Positions 1 to 12,900 of a stretch of 64,000 nucleotides of DNA are shown here, piece by piece. Made by a program: the position numbers and the translations under genes. This stretch comes from Lineus longissimus (lineage: Eukaryota). The DNA lies in the NCBI RefSeq assembly GCF_910592395.1, contig NC_088308.1, positions 1,860,001-1,924,000 on the forward strand, read 5' to 3'. Under the pieces are notes generated by a model. The model was not told the DNA's origin. It searched no databases and was given only the letters and a program-made list of their open reading frames with translations. The stretch's first letter is position 1; the number at the start of each line of letters is the position of its first letter.

Positions 1-3000
1 GAACTAAATGTCTGGGTGTCAGAATTTACTTACATGTATTCCACAAATTGAAGAATTTGAAGAATTTGAACCTGGACATGTACTGGGTCTGTTAAAAACA
101 TGATTCATTTTCAAAATGGAACAGCTTGAAATCTGTATCATTAATAACCTGTAGTGTTATCAAATCCTTGTATTATATTCAAGTTCAAGAGAAAGGGGAT
201 TTGGCAACGGCAGAAACAATGTGTTGAGAAGAGAAAAGGTTTACTTTTTACACAATTGCAGTGGATACATGTATCATGCACTTTAATTCAAAAACACTAT
301 CGATGAGAGCTGAGGCAAGCATGTCCCTCTTGCCACCGAGCCGATCCTTCAATCTGTATTGGCGGCGCATCAGCCGGGAGCATCACCAACATCAGAAATC
401 GTTGTGTGCTCAAGTTGTAATGATAGAGCAGTAACAGCTGTAGCTCACGTCCGTTTCTCATCAAGTTGACTTCAGTCCTTTAGTGTATTACACGGCAACC
501 CACACAATATACACGTGGAATTCTTGTCAGCAAAGCTGTAGAATTTGGAACGAACCACCGCAATCAGGTTGTATTTTCGTGGAAGACGGGCGCAATGAGA
601 AATCGGGGCGACTTGGTCCCGAAGGATTAGATTCCGGGTCCCTTGATTACATTCTCTCGGTGTAACGAAATGATCAGAAGTAACTTGAGCAGACAACCTA
701 GAAGTTCTGCAACTATAGTCCAAACAATTGGTGACCTAAGCGATCGAAATTCCCGGGACGGAGGCAGCATTTGATTAATTTGGGATAGAATTGGCATTAA
801 CTGCAGCTGAGCAGTGACACCCCTTACCGTTAAAGCTAGATTGTATTCGATTTGAAACAGAGAGTGAATACCTAATTTGTCTGATTAAGAATTGATTAAA
901 AAAACTGATCGACCTGTGTTCGGGTCGATGCTACATTGCCGCTTTCAGAAGCCTTTTTATTGAGTCAATTTTATTTTTTGACCATTCTCCAAGCAAATTG
1001 AATATTGATATTCTCTGCCAGTGCTGACGTCCATTTACCGGTGTAAAAAGATATTGTATCCCTGGGTAGACATCCTGGTGATATCTTCTACTCTAAGATT
1101 ATGGTAATCAAAGACCACACATAAAGTATATCTAGCCATGCACATAATTCCTTTTCAAATGGCAGGGTAGGACTACGGCTAAAGAAGCACGCAGTTGAAG
1201 TCTTCTGTCTGTCACAGCAACCTGAAAAACATTCCCCGTCAGGTGGCCCTTGAGGTTTCTAGAGACACAAAGTCGGCCGGCGTGATTTAAGCAGTTGTTT
1301 TGACAATCTTCTCTAAAGTACCCGGCTATCCGCCGTGCCAAGACAAGCACGCTCAAGTATTCAAGCACGACGATGATGGCCCCCTCAAGATGGAAAACAT
1401 GTTTACAAAGACGAAATCTCGAGACAACACATCAAAATCAATCGCAACATAAATCAGTTTGGCAACAATTCATGAATAATTTGGTCTCCGTTGCGCCAGG
1501 AGTTGTTATCATGCCGGACAGCCAACAGCGCTGGCTCCAGCACTATTCCGGTGGGAGTCGACCATTTGTTCAAATCGCTCCATATACATGTCGATGGGAA
1601 TCGGTAAATACATTTGTACCAGGGTTGGAAAGGAGCGTCTTGAAGAAGAAAGGGATCGACCCGGTGAATAAAGATTTGTCTGAAACCCTTGATCGGAACC
1701 TTGCCGTCCCGCGCCAGGGGACAACAGAAGACGCGTGTGATATAGGTATTGACGTCCCAAGGATGTCTGTTTTGAACCAAACCATCCTCCACCAATACGG
1801 TGCTACGATTAATATCATTTTAAACCAATCGAATTGTAATATACCACAGACTGTAGAAAAAAACCATAATGAATGAGTGACATCAGTTTTTTACTTCTCA
1901 GCTCCGGAGATAGAATATTTTTACCAATCAGATTGCAATGCCATGTGTGAAATATGTTTCAACCAATCAGATAATAGGATGCATTTTCGGCACTCGCCCT
2001 CTTGCGGTGAAAGTACATATTGACCTAGTTCCCTCTGAGGTTCCTGATCAGATCTTGGATCGATTTGTCTGAGATCAAATGCGGAGCCCATTTCAGAACC
2101 ATAATGCGGCTTCTCCGGGGTGCCTTGGAGTCTGCTGTTGATACAGCCTACTATAATCAGGCCGGAATAGCCTACGTCAATGATACTTGGCGCTCGTTTG
2201 ATGTGAGTACCTTCCAAAGCGATCATTGTACTGGCTTCTCGACTAATCACTTATATATTACGTACCACCATAATAAAATTAGGGGAGGCCCAGCTTCCGC
2301 TGCACAGTGTGAGGCTTCAGAATTAACTTCATAAACCCAAATCCACACCTAGACTTGCTTATTAGCTTTCTTCAATCAACCACCGACTTGCAGGTAACAA
2401 CACGCTCATCACTTCCAACCAAGTTAAAGGTAGAGTAGTCTCATCACCAGACCCTGGCCTACACAGCCGTCTGGGGACCGGGGTAATGTTCAGCCGGAGA
2501 TGTTTCTTCAGCTTCCGAGAAACTATGTTACGTGGAGAGGTTTAATAAAAACCTGAGTTGAGAGATGCAACCTGTTAATGATTTACACTGGTATGGCCTT
2601 TGAAATAAAGAAGGAACTTCTTCCGCAGAACGCCATTCCTCGCCAGTACATTTTTTAAACTTGCAAATCACTATCTCAAAAGAAATTAAACTTACAAACG
2701 ATCTACAATTGAAATGGTCTTTATTTCCAAGATATCGATTCATCTTGTGCATGAGCATTAATAACGTAAGAGAAACCAATACCAAATACCAAGACCCCAT
2801 CTATTTGTCGTGCATGGCGACTCCCCTATTTCTCCGATTACCAAACCATGAGAAACAGGAAATGATTTGTCAACATAACGACACCCTTACGCTTGATTTG
2901 GACAAAAGGGGATGAACTTTTATTCGGAAATCAGGAAAAGGAACATTCTGATAAAACATGTTGCACCTGCCGACTTGTGACCGGACCAAAGATGACCCCT

Positions 3001-6000
3001 TCGTATTTGACATGCCTACGCTATTTACAAAGGCCCCTGCTCCACTCTCAAAGCATGCCAAAAGGTAACCCTTGACAAATCAGAAATAAAATCGCTATAA
3101 ACTGGCCTTGTTATGCATCCCTGTCAATTATTTTGAGAGGATAGTCTGAGGGCCTGAAAATGTACATGTTTCTTTAATCCATACTTGATGTTTGTGGATA
3201 AATGGGACTCGTTTATCAGATTTGAAAATGGAAAAATGTAAGTGTTCACACAGAAAACTGATGAGAGATTCCGGAGTAAAGCTTTTACGACAAGGTCTTA
3301 TGAAACAGGGCAAGACTACTGGGCAAGATCTCCAATCAAAGGAGCCCGAGCACTATTAAAATGCATTTCAAAGGAAGAATTAATGTACATCTTGATGAAG
3401 AACGTAGGTATGTTCGGAATCTTGTTTCCGTCCCATCAAAAATTGTACACCCGGCAATTTTCCGAATGAAGGATTGGCCATTATTCTATGGGTTCAACCC
3501 CGACACACACTCTGCCAGTGAATATCATAAGGTTGCCTACCTTTAGTCATATACCACGCTCATTATTAAACCTAATGAGATGAGACAAGACCAGACAAGC
3601 TTCTTGGAAAACATACTATATTTAAAAACAAAAGTACTTCGTTCAAAAAGTTTGTGAAATCGGCAGTTATATAATGAACAGTACGTTTCCTGTTTATATC
3701 TAGTTGAAATTCCTACGCAGACTTCTTGGAACGTAACATTTACGTTAAATATTCTTCGTTGTAGTCAAAGTTTTCGACTGAAAGCTTAGCGAGCTTCTTC
3801 ATACTCGACGGTCCCTTCGTACAACCACTGCTGAAACCAGCCTGGTAAAATCACGTGCCTCCCTGCGAGATCTCGTGATATTTGTGTGGTCGATCGCTTC
3901 GGCGCAGTTTTTCCCGACACAATACCCATCAAAAGCAACCTAATTGCCATAAACTCTAGAATTGAAATTAAAATTCACCCCTTCGCTAAAAACCATGAGC
4001 ACAAAACAGGGTGGGTTGTTCTGTCACTGATGATGAACTGGTAAAGCCCTTGACTTCCTATTGCGTCAGTTTGTTCACAAGACATACGGCACATGCACAA
4101 CAGTCTGTCAGGCTTACATGGTGGATTCGCCACGACAACTCTCGACATTTCTACATCAAACTAGATTAAACGGTCTCACCTAGTGATGAAATACTACCAA
4201 TTGTGAACTTCGTTAATCTTGATGAATCGCTCATAGATTTAAGAAGTCGCAGTGGTGGGTGGATTGTTAATCACATATATGCTCTGGTTAGTGAGGAAAC
4301 CATATGATCAATACGAGTACCAACAGCCACCTCAATAGGACAACGGAGAGAGTACGTAATTCAGCTTCTGTTCGTCAGTTGTCGGTGACGTGAACGAATG
4401 ACACTTTTCCAGGGGGGCAAATACAACTGCTACACCAGTATACGTGTAGAAACTTTGATGAGTTGATTTCGAAGTACAGTACATGTACATGTAAACGTAT
4501 GTCTCATACTTGGTATCCGATGTTTAATGATTATATACAACAGTCTGAGAACCGAATAATTTCAACATGGGATCCACCATGGTTTTCCCTTTGGTATCAA
4601 ACCATGCTGCGCAACTCATCTGACCCATCATACACAAAGCAAATCTAAAATCCCTTTTCAACACAAATGTTCACAGTTTTTGAGGTGATTCTGCATACCC
4701 AGACACGTCATGTACAATGTAGTAACTACTATCGTAAAGCTACCTCTGTAATTCCAATTCCTTCCCTAATTTAAAGGTGCATTTTGGAGAAGAATAAAAA
4801 TGCGTTCAAATAGTCTCATCCGTGGATTTTCATCGTTACCAGGGCTGGCAACCATCTTGGTTGGCGCGACTGACATATAACAATGTGTCTATTTCGACAG
4901 TAATATTGCTCTACATGCACACAATGCCAAGGTGAACAACACTGAACACCATTTAGTCCAATGTCTTCACCTTATCTCGATACGGGATTCCCACGGATAC
5001 TAAGGCGTATTTCATAATGATGCCACCGAAATGGAGGCAAAAATACTACATGCACAACATTTATCCATGGACCAATGCGACAACCCATAAAATTGCGATT
5101 TAATTACGGGGAGTTCAGGGTTTTCATCAGTGCCCTGCTATCGAGATTAGGTGGCTCTCAATGGACTATGAAGTCTATTCTACACTTTCAGGACAACCTG
5201 TTTAAGCGTGGACGTTATGACAATACTATCCGCAAAACTTAGATCCCAGGCCAGTTTCACATGATGAAGTCCGGTCTTTTCTACCGTCTTGGGAGCCATA
5301 CTTTGAATCCGATAAAAGCAAGTTTACCCATCACAAATGTTAAAAGATAAACAGTTTAACCATGAATTCATACTTTTGTCATGAGAGATAACGACCGGAC
5401 TTCATGAATGCGAATCCACCCTCTTTAAGTCAGCGGATAGAGTATACTAGTATATACATTCAGTACTTCTATGTGTATTTTACCCCTCTTTTAATATTTC
5501 TCACCCACCACATCGTTACATCTACAAATGTAGTGCTTACTACGCTATCAAACATAAATTATCTTTCTGGTAAAAGAAGAGTATACATATAGTTCAATAT
5601 ATACAAATTTATCACAACCAGAATACTGATCGGCACTCAGCCACCTTCGCAACTAACATCTACAGACCATCCGAAGAAAAATATTCATATTTCGATTAAC
5701 CAGTTTTGCGTTTTCATGGCTAAACCTCATTGGCGAAGGACTGCCCTGTAGGCGCGTATTTCATTCACCGTCGCCGTGGACATCTCCTGCTATCGCTTTC
5801 ATGAAAAAGTTGATCAGATAATAATTCTTCGACAGCCTGTATTATATCTACATGTACCAAACCGTGGCATCCGTAAGAATAAATAAAGAAATATATATTT
5901 ACAATAATTCATCATCACAGTTGGACAAACCCCTTCACTGTTTCCGAAGAAATGTCTGGGCTTGGAAACTAGAGCTCTCTGCTCAAAGTTCGACGTCATG

Positions 6001-6928
6001 TGCGTGGATCACCTTAGCACCAAATGCATTGTTTAGTGCTAGTAACACGGCGTATATGCCATCAGATATCGTTTACTGTGTTCCGATCGCCGTATATCGT
6101 GTTCATTGGCAGGCATACACCATGAATCCCTTCATCGCATCAAAGCAGAAATCCCACGTCAGAGATCTCAACTTAAATATCTCGCTTAGAGCTAGGAATA
6201 TGTCAGAGTTATGGTGGCCAATCGTCATGATGCGCACCGTCAGTAATACGTCTGACATGAGGATGCGCAGCAAAGTGACGCACTTGCGTTATTTAGTACC
6301 TTAGCCCAAGCCATTTCCTTTCGTGCCGTGATATGTTCCACAAGTACCAATCGTCTCGTAAATGCCATTAATACATCCAATGATCGTTCAGATTATGCAC
6401 GTCAATTTCTTGTCGAATTCTGACTGCAATATCGGTGATCAGTCTCGGACAGACACCTAGGCGACGCCCGTCAATGATCGCCTCAGATATAACTGATGTG
6501 ATCATTGCCAACAGAATACCAATAGGGTGCAAAGTCATTGACCATTTGATAATCTTGGCTTTGTAAGACTATGAGCCATCCATCAGCATACGAAACTATC
6601 TTACTGAGCGATGGAATCACATTTACATTTGGCACGGCAAGCACGGAATGAATCCAAGTGCGTACCGACAACACCAGCTTTATTACTCGCCATGTCTATT
6701 TTCAATGCCATGAGAAAACTCGCCCCTAACCTCATCCTCATAAGTCAGAGAGGTTTAGAGCGGGACGATGACATAGCGACTGCCATTAGGCAGCACACGA
6801 GCTTTCCGTTTCGCGGTGTCCATGACGGCCATTTCTATACCCCATCGAAATTTCCTTCCCCGCGAAGTAGAAAGTGTTCTACCACGGGTGATGAAAGTTC
6901 ATTGTACCACATCAACCATCGTATACGA

Positions 6929-9900
6929 TTACGAACACTTACTTCGCGTTTTTGTGCGCACCGCTTTGTATGATAACGTATGCCCTCTCCGCTTTGTCAC
7001 GTAAACGTCGAACACGTACGTCGTATCTTCTGCAAGTCCATCGACAACCTCAGTCATAACTGCTCGGTTCCTGTTCCGAGCGCGGAACCTCTTACAAACA
7101 ATCTTTTCACTTTTCTTCCGCCCGCCTGGGCCCGTGCACTGGTTTGTCATCGGCGTGTGTTGCCGTTTTAAATGCCTAGTATTCACCGGTCGTTTGTATA
7201 AACAGTATCGTGACCTCTCAGTCGTGCCCAGCCACGCCACTGTAACAGAATGACACGTACTTAAATTTTCGAAAACTCGTATGCTTGTATCGTTCGGAAG
7301 CATAGGATACAAAGTTTTTGACCTGTCAACAGTAGCGAAAATACGAAAGGAAGCAACTTTGAGTTTCTTCCGAGACACCTTAATGAAGTACACACCTGCT
7401 TTTGCATTCCTTATGTCTAATGTTAGCAGGCTCGTAAACTGTGCCTCTTTCAACACCTTGTCATGGTACTTCACTTCCACAAAATACGCCCCCGTGCACG
7501 CCTCCAGTTGTAACACTAATTGTTCGGCATCTCCACGGAGAACATACTTAAACCCTTTCGGGCCAGACCGTCGTTTGATAAACTTTTCAACCACTTTTGC
7601 GTCTTTCAAATTCACATATTTTTGCCTGTACTTAGTCCGAGCAACCTGGCCCTGATAGGCTACACTCTGATTGTTTCGTGGGTCGACAGCGAAAACGTCC
7701 ACGAAGTATAACCACCCAGGCGCCACCTTATTGAAAGAATATCTGGTTTTCGACCCAATGCACGTGAAAAATACTCCTTCGTTTGTTTTTAAAGCATTTT
7801 TTCTCGCTTGTTTAATCCGTCGACGTCGTTTCTTTTCAAAAGCGAAACCAAATCCGGAATCTGGAGGTACTGTAGGGGGAACATCACCAAATGCACTAAC
7901 ACGTGCCTCACACAGGCTTTTGTAATTTCGATCCGTATTAAATGATAAACAATATTCAATCTGTTGATTATCCCGCGTATACGTCGGACTCGGATCCCAC
8001 TCTACAACGAGTTTTCTACGTGCTGATGACGACACAACGATATTCGGATCAGGGGGTAATTCAGGGAAAAATCTCTCGGCTGCTGGATCCGTTGACGCCA
8101 ATATTTTCACAGAACTACTGGTATCGTTGGTAACAACGTCTATCATGTATATGCCAGAGGGACTGTTTTCCGTTCTGTAGGTCATTGGCTCAAACCCAGA
8201 GAATGACTGCAGGAATGTTGCATTGGATGCAGTGGGATCTTGCTGCTGTTGAGGAAAAAGATGCTCCCCTGAAACGAGAAAGAAATCGAGAGTAAATTGC
8301 TGGGTTGTCTGTAAGCTCTAACATGCTTGTGAAGTGTGAGCCGTGTCCGGGGAACACAGACTCTCGCTGATACCCAAGGTCATGTGGTACCCTGCAGAGA
8401 GAAACAAGTTCGGCCATGATCTGAACCCATCTAATCGAGACGTTTGCCAGGGCTGGAGAGACCTGCAGTAAATATGGTGATCGAATGTCTACATTGATAG
8501 TTATTCGTTTAAGTTGCAAGTGTTTCACTGAACTGGTCAATAACGTATTGATTTGTCCTGTTTGACCTTTGAAAGTGGTAGGTGAAGTCAAAACCATTTT
8601 TTACACGCGGAAATGCAAACTTTCTTTACAGCAATCAGGAACCAATTACCTGTCTTAGCAGTTGAACCATTTTCAATTCCGGTAACTTACAGTCTTGGTA
8701 AATTCAATCCCATGTAGGTCTATAATCAACTTAAGATGCCTTGTATACATTTCAAAGGAGGTAGCGAAAGCAGCGCACAGGTTGCTCCAGCCACATCGTG
8801 TGTATACCAGAGACTCGTTAGTTCACTTGTTTACGAGTCATTGTTGAAGATCATAGCTAGTCAGGTAGACTTGTGCTGTTAACAGTAGTTTACAAGGCGC
8901 CAAGAAAACTGTTAGCGAGGAATAGCAATATCTGGATTGCTTTGCGGTTAGACCTATCAAAAGAAGCAACAGGTGGTAGCTCCTAACTTAACGTCAAAGT
9001 AAAAACGTTGTTGCCCAGCGGCCCTACTACATGTAGAGACGAGAGCTATCCTACCAGGTGTGTACCCATTCACATCAATAGTAAAATAACACACTCGACT
9101 CGTAACACCGACGGTGGTATAATATCAAGAATGGAAAGGAGCAAGGAGGTTCTACAATCGATGGGGTTACAACCACTTAGTACAATGATAAAGATGCCAT
9201 TAAAGATGAGTGGGAACTGTAGCGAGGAAAGTAAGCTTTGATAGCAACTCTAAGAGCCAAACTGAAAACGGCGGCTAATGCAAACTGGTTTGGATCTAAA
9301 CAAATTCTTAGACTATTGAAGAAAAGTCTAAACAATGATAATGCCATGACTCGGCTTGAGAAAAGTACATGTAGTTTGGAACATCCTCATCGCCAGTTCC
9401 TGTAACTTCTGGAGGAAGCTGCTTTAGAGAAGGGAATGGGGACCACCAGTAGTAGAAAGCTCATCGAGGGCTATACCGACTCGAGGTCTTTAGAAAACAC
9501 ATCTCGAACAATCAGGTTGAGGACAATATTCAGACAAGGTACTGGCGAACCTGGTCAAGATAAAGCAATTTAAGGCCAACACATACACGAGGTCTTGTGG
9601 ACACAAGTCTTTGAACAATCAAGTCCACAGGACAAGATTCAAGTTGACGATGAAGGTCCTGAGCAATCTGGTTAATCCTGGGCCTCCACTATCAAAGGGG
9701 ACTGTGCACATATCACCTTCACTCATTCAGCAGCAGGTTGAGAGGTTCTCCTACTGCCGCAGGTAGTGCATTATAAGGTAAGGGAGGAGAAATCTTTTCC
9801 CATTTTTAGGAGACAACTGAAGACTGTGCTTTTCACCCGGGCATATGGGTCAATGATGTAAAGAGCATGCGAGCAGATCATTACGACCTGGAACGTGCGC

Positions 9901-12900
9901 TATATCAATGCATATTTACTTACTACTTACTTACGTTATTCTAATATGCATTAGAAGACTATCTGGAAGAGTCTTCACAAGGATGGAACTACCGTGGATT
10001 GAGCTTGAAGACCAATACCAAGGGGAATACCACGAATAGGACTAGGGCCACTATGACATCTAGTACTGCAGGGAAGGATTGAAATATAACTGATACCTAC
10101 CTCCCAGGCTATCACTGTCCTCTCCAACAAGTAAATCTCGTATTTGTATCGTGACGGATATGGGTGATGCGCACGGTGTTATGGTGATGGCAATCGGCAC
10201 ATTCTCTTGTTCAACAAGAAAGAAGTATCTGGAATAGAAATGGAATAAGTAAAAATTAACATGTTATCGATAGGTGTAGCCTATCTGGGGGAAAAACCTC
10301 GGAGAAATTGTGAATATCACCACGAACAAATGGACATGCTCAACAACAAGGGGTCCCTTAATGTTAGGATTGCGGTAGATTCAACTATCCGGGAAGTTCT
10401 ATTGCTAGTAACTTGCTCTGGTAAGTGGTATATATTTATCCTATAAGGACAGTGACTTTACAAAACCAGAATACAGAGGAAACTGACATTCTCTTTTTCT
10501 AAGTGTTTGCTCCACGATGAGGAGCAACAGTAGTCACTAGGCCAATAACCCTTTACTGGTGCGTAATCGTTGTGGCACGCAAAGCGATCGTCCTGCCTTG
10601 GAGGAATATAACGTTCTAGGGAACAACTCCTCCACAGTAAGTAAGTACAGAGTGAGTGATGAAGAAAAAAAAGAACTACACGAATATGGTGTTAATCTTA
10701 CTGACAACTTTAGACAAACATTGCTGTTGATGATGCTCTTATCTCTCCACTGATAAGGTTACTGATGTGATATATCGGCATGCCAATCAGTTTAAGAAAT
10801 GTATCATGTGAGACAATAAATCGATTGACATTCGATTGACTTCAGTTTCTTCATTCGATATATTTGGATTAAGTGATGTTTATATAGCCGCAAAGATATA
10901 CGAGGCTGTGACGGATTAGCACTTCGTTTTGGTCGTCAAAAATACCAGCATCAGTGTAACATTTTCGTCACTTCTCCAAGAGATATGTCTCTCAATACCA
11001 AGTGAAGATTCGACACACTCAAAGCATGCATGCTATGACGACAAAATACTTCAAAACTTAAAATTTCCCCTAAAATCCACGGGACGTGTTGGCGACGTGG
11101 GTCTGTGGTAATTTCATCTTCCTATTCTCTTTCGCAACAGAAATCTAATCTCCCTGGCAACATTTACCACTTGGCTTCAAACAAGTGTCATATTCGAGAA
11201 AAAGTCATGATATTATGCTACTTTATACGAGCTTAATTAGTTCGTATAGATAGTTTGAAGAAATACGAGGCGCCGGACTCAACAAGTCGATGGTAAGTGT
11301 TACTATTAATCATTTGGCGATGGAGACGTTCAAATGTGATGCAATGGCGACATCATATTGATCTTGGCAAGAGTCATCGCTACTCAGACAACAGACAGTT
11401 ATTTGTAACTGAACTCTTGCGCTCTTATAAACTGATACCTCCGCGAAGGTCATCTTCATTCATGAGGATAGCAGTGGCGATAAAGGCTGTCTCAGTTGTA
11501 TGAAATAACTGCACTACCCACAGGCCCTGGCTCAATCTCATCGCTAAGTACGAAGTTGGTTCCGAACTGCAGACGAGCTGGAGTTGAATTCCAACCTATG
11601 TTGCACGAGGTAGACAAAACTAGTTGGATATCTCTCCGATTCCTAACCGTAATATTCCCCCCGAGTACCAAAAGGCCTCTCCGACACTCGTCAAGCCGAT
11701 CATTCCTGATTCTTGTTATGTATTTCCAACTTTATCTTTTATGAGTACCTTAGTGGAATGATGCAAGACACCCTCATCTCGGCAACTGTTAACAGTATCA
11801 AACGTGTTTTTTCACAGCCGTTTGCTTCAGTCGTTGATTGAGATGATAGCACTGGCTAACAAAACGGTCAGCTCTGCCAATAAGCTGTCACGCAATATTC
11901 GTAACTTACTGATTCTGCCATGATGAGATTATTCAGGGAAACGGATCAAGCTAAATCCTTGTCCATTGATTCTGGTGAAACAACACTGAATCAGAGCATT
12001 ACTTGATTGCCATGTCAATAGTAATACTTGTGTTGGACCAAATGGAATTAACAGTTGTAGTGTCATCTGACAAGAGTCCAAACATTCCAACACTGTTAGA
12101 AGAAATGTTAGAAGAAATGTGTGCTACATTTACTTTATAGTTGCTGTGTATAGTATTTCATTAACTGCTCAAGACTACAACACACTTGCTCTACCTGCCT
12201 CCGTAAAGGACAGTTTGACAGGAATTGCTATGCCTGCCCCCGCAGTAGATGACACTTTGTCGGAAAATGCTGTGCCTGCCTCCGTAAAGGACTGCTATGC
12301 CTGCCCCCGTAGATGACACTTTGTCAGGAGTTGCTGTACCTGCCACCGTAACGGTCACTTTGCCAGGAACTGCTGTGACTGCCACAACAGACGACACTTC
12401 ATCGACGACGGTACGGAAATCATATCAGGCTGTCACCTCTCTGAAAATGTTTGACTTCTCAACATCAGGAACTAAAAACACCGAAACTCCCCACAAGAAA
12501 ACCGCATTAATGATATATTGCCTCAACCAGATACAACCACTGTTGACTGCCCATTATACGATGGTCATATCGCCAATGGAGTTGTTACAGGAGTAGTCTG
12601 ATTCATCGACGATAATTGTGCTTAGAAGGTAGTATGTGAACAGCAATCGATCAGTAGACATGCTAGATGAGGGATTACTAAGAACCAGCGCTCATTTGAA
12701 GCAAGGTCATGTCCAGACATCACTGGATCTCCCGGGGATTTCAGCTGTCAATTCTCGAGCGGACGGTCCTGGATAGAATCGAGGCATCTGTCTGATCTGC
12801 TTAGAGGCAATATGATGACCACATTCACGTTGCCTATAAACGGAGGCTTGGGTCACAAGTTTGATAAACATAAGAGGAACCAATTAACACTTTTCAAACG

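Noticed and set aside
5852..6973. 150-aa and 120-aa plus-strand ORFs
   Set aside because: They lie antisense to the probable NDNF 3' UTR and have no recognisable motifs; probably chance ORFs.
11297..12600. Short ORFs in the NDNF intron suggesting a nested gene or transposon remnant
   Set aside because: No recognisable RT, transposase or other domain; partly explained by a degenerate tandem repeat.
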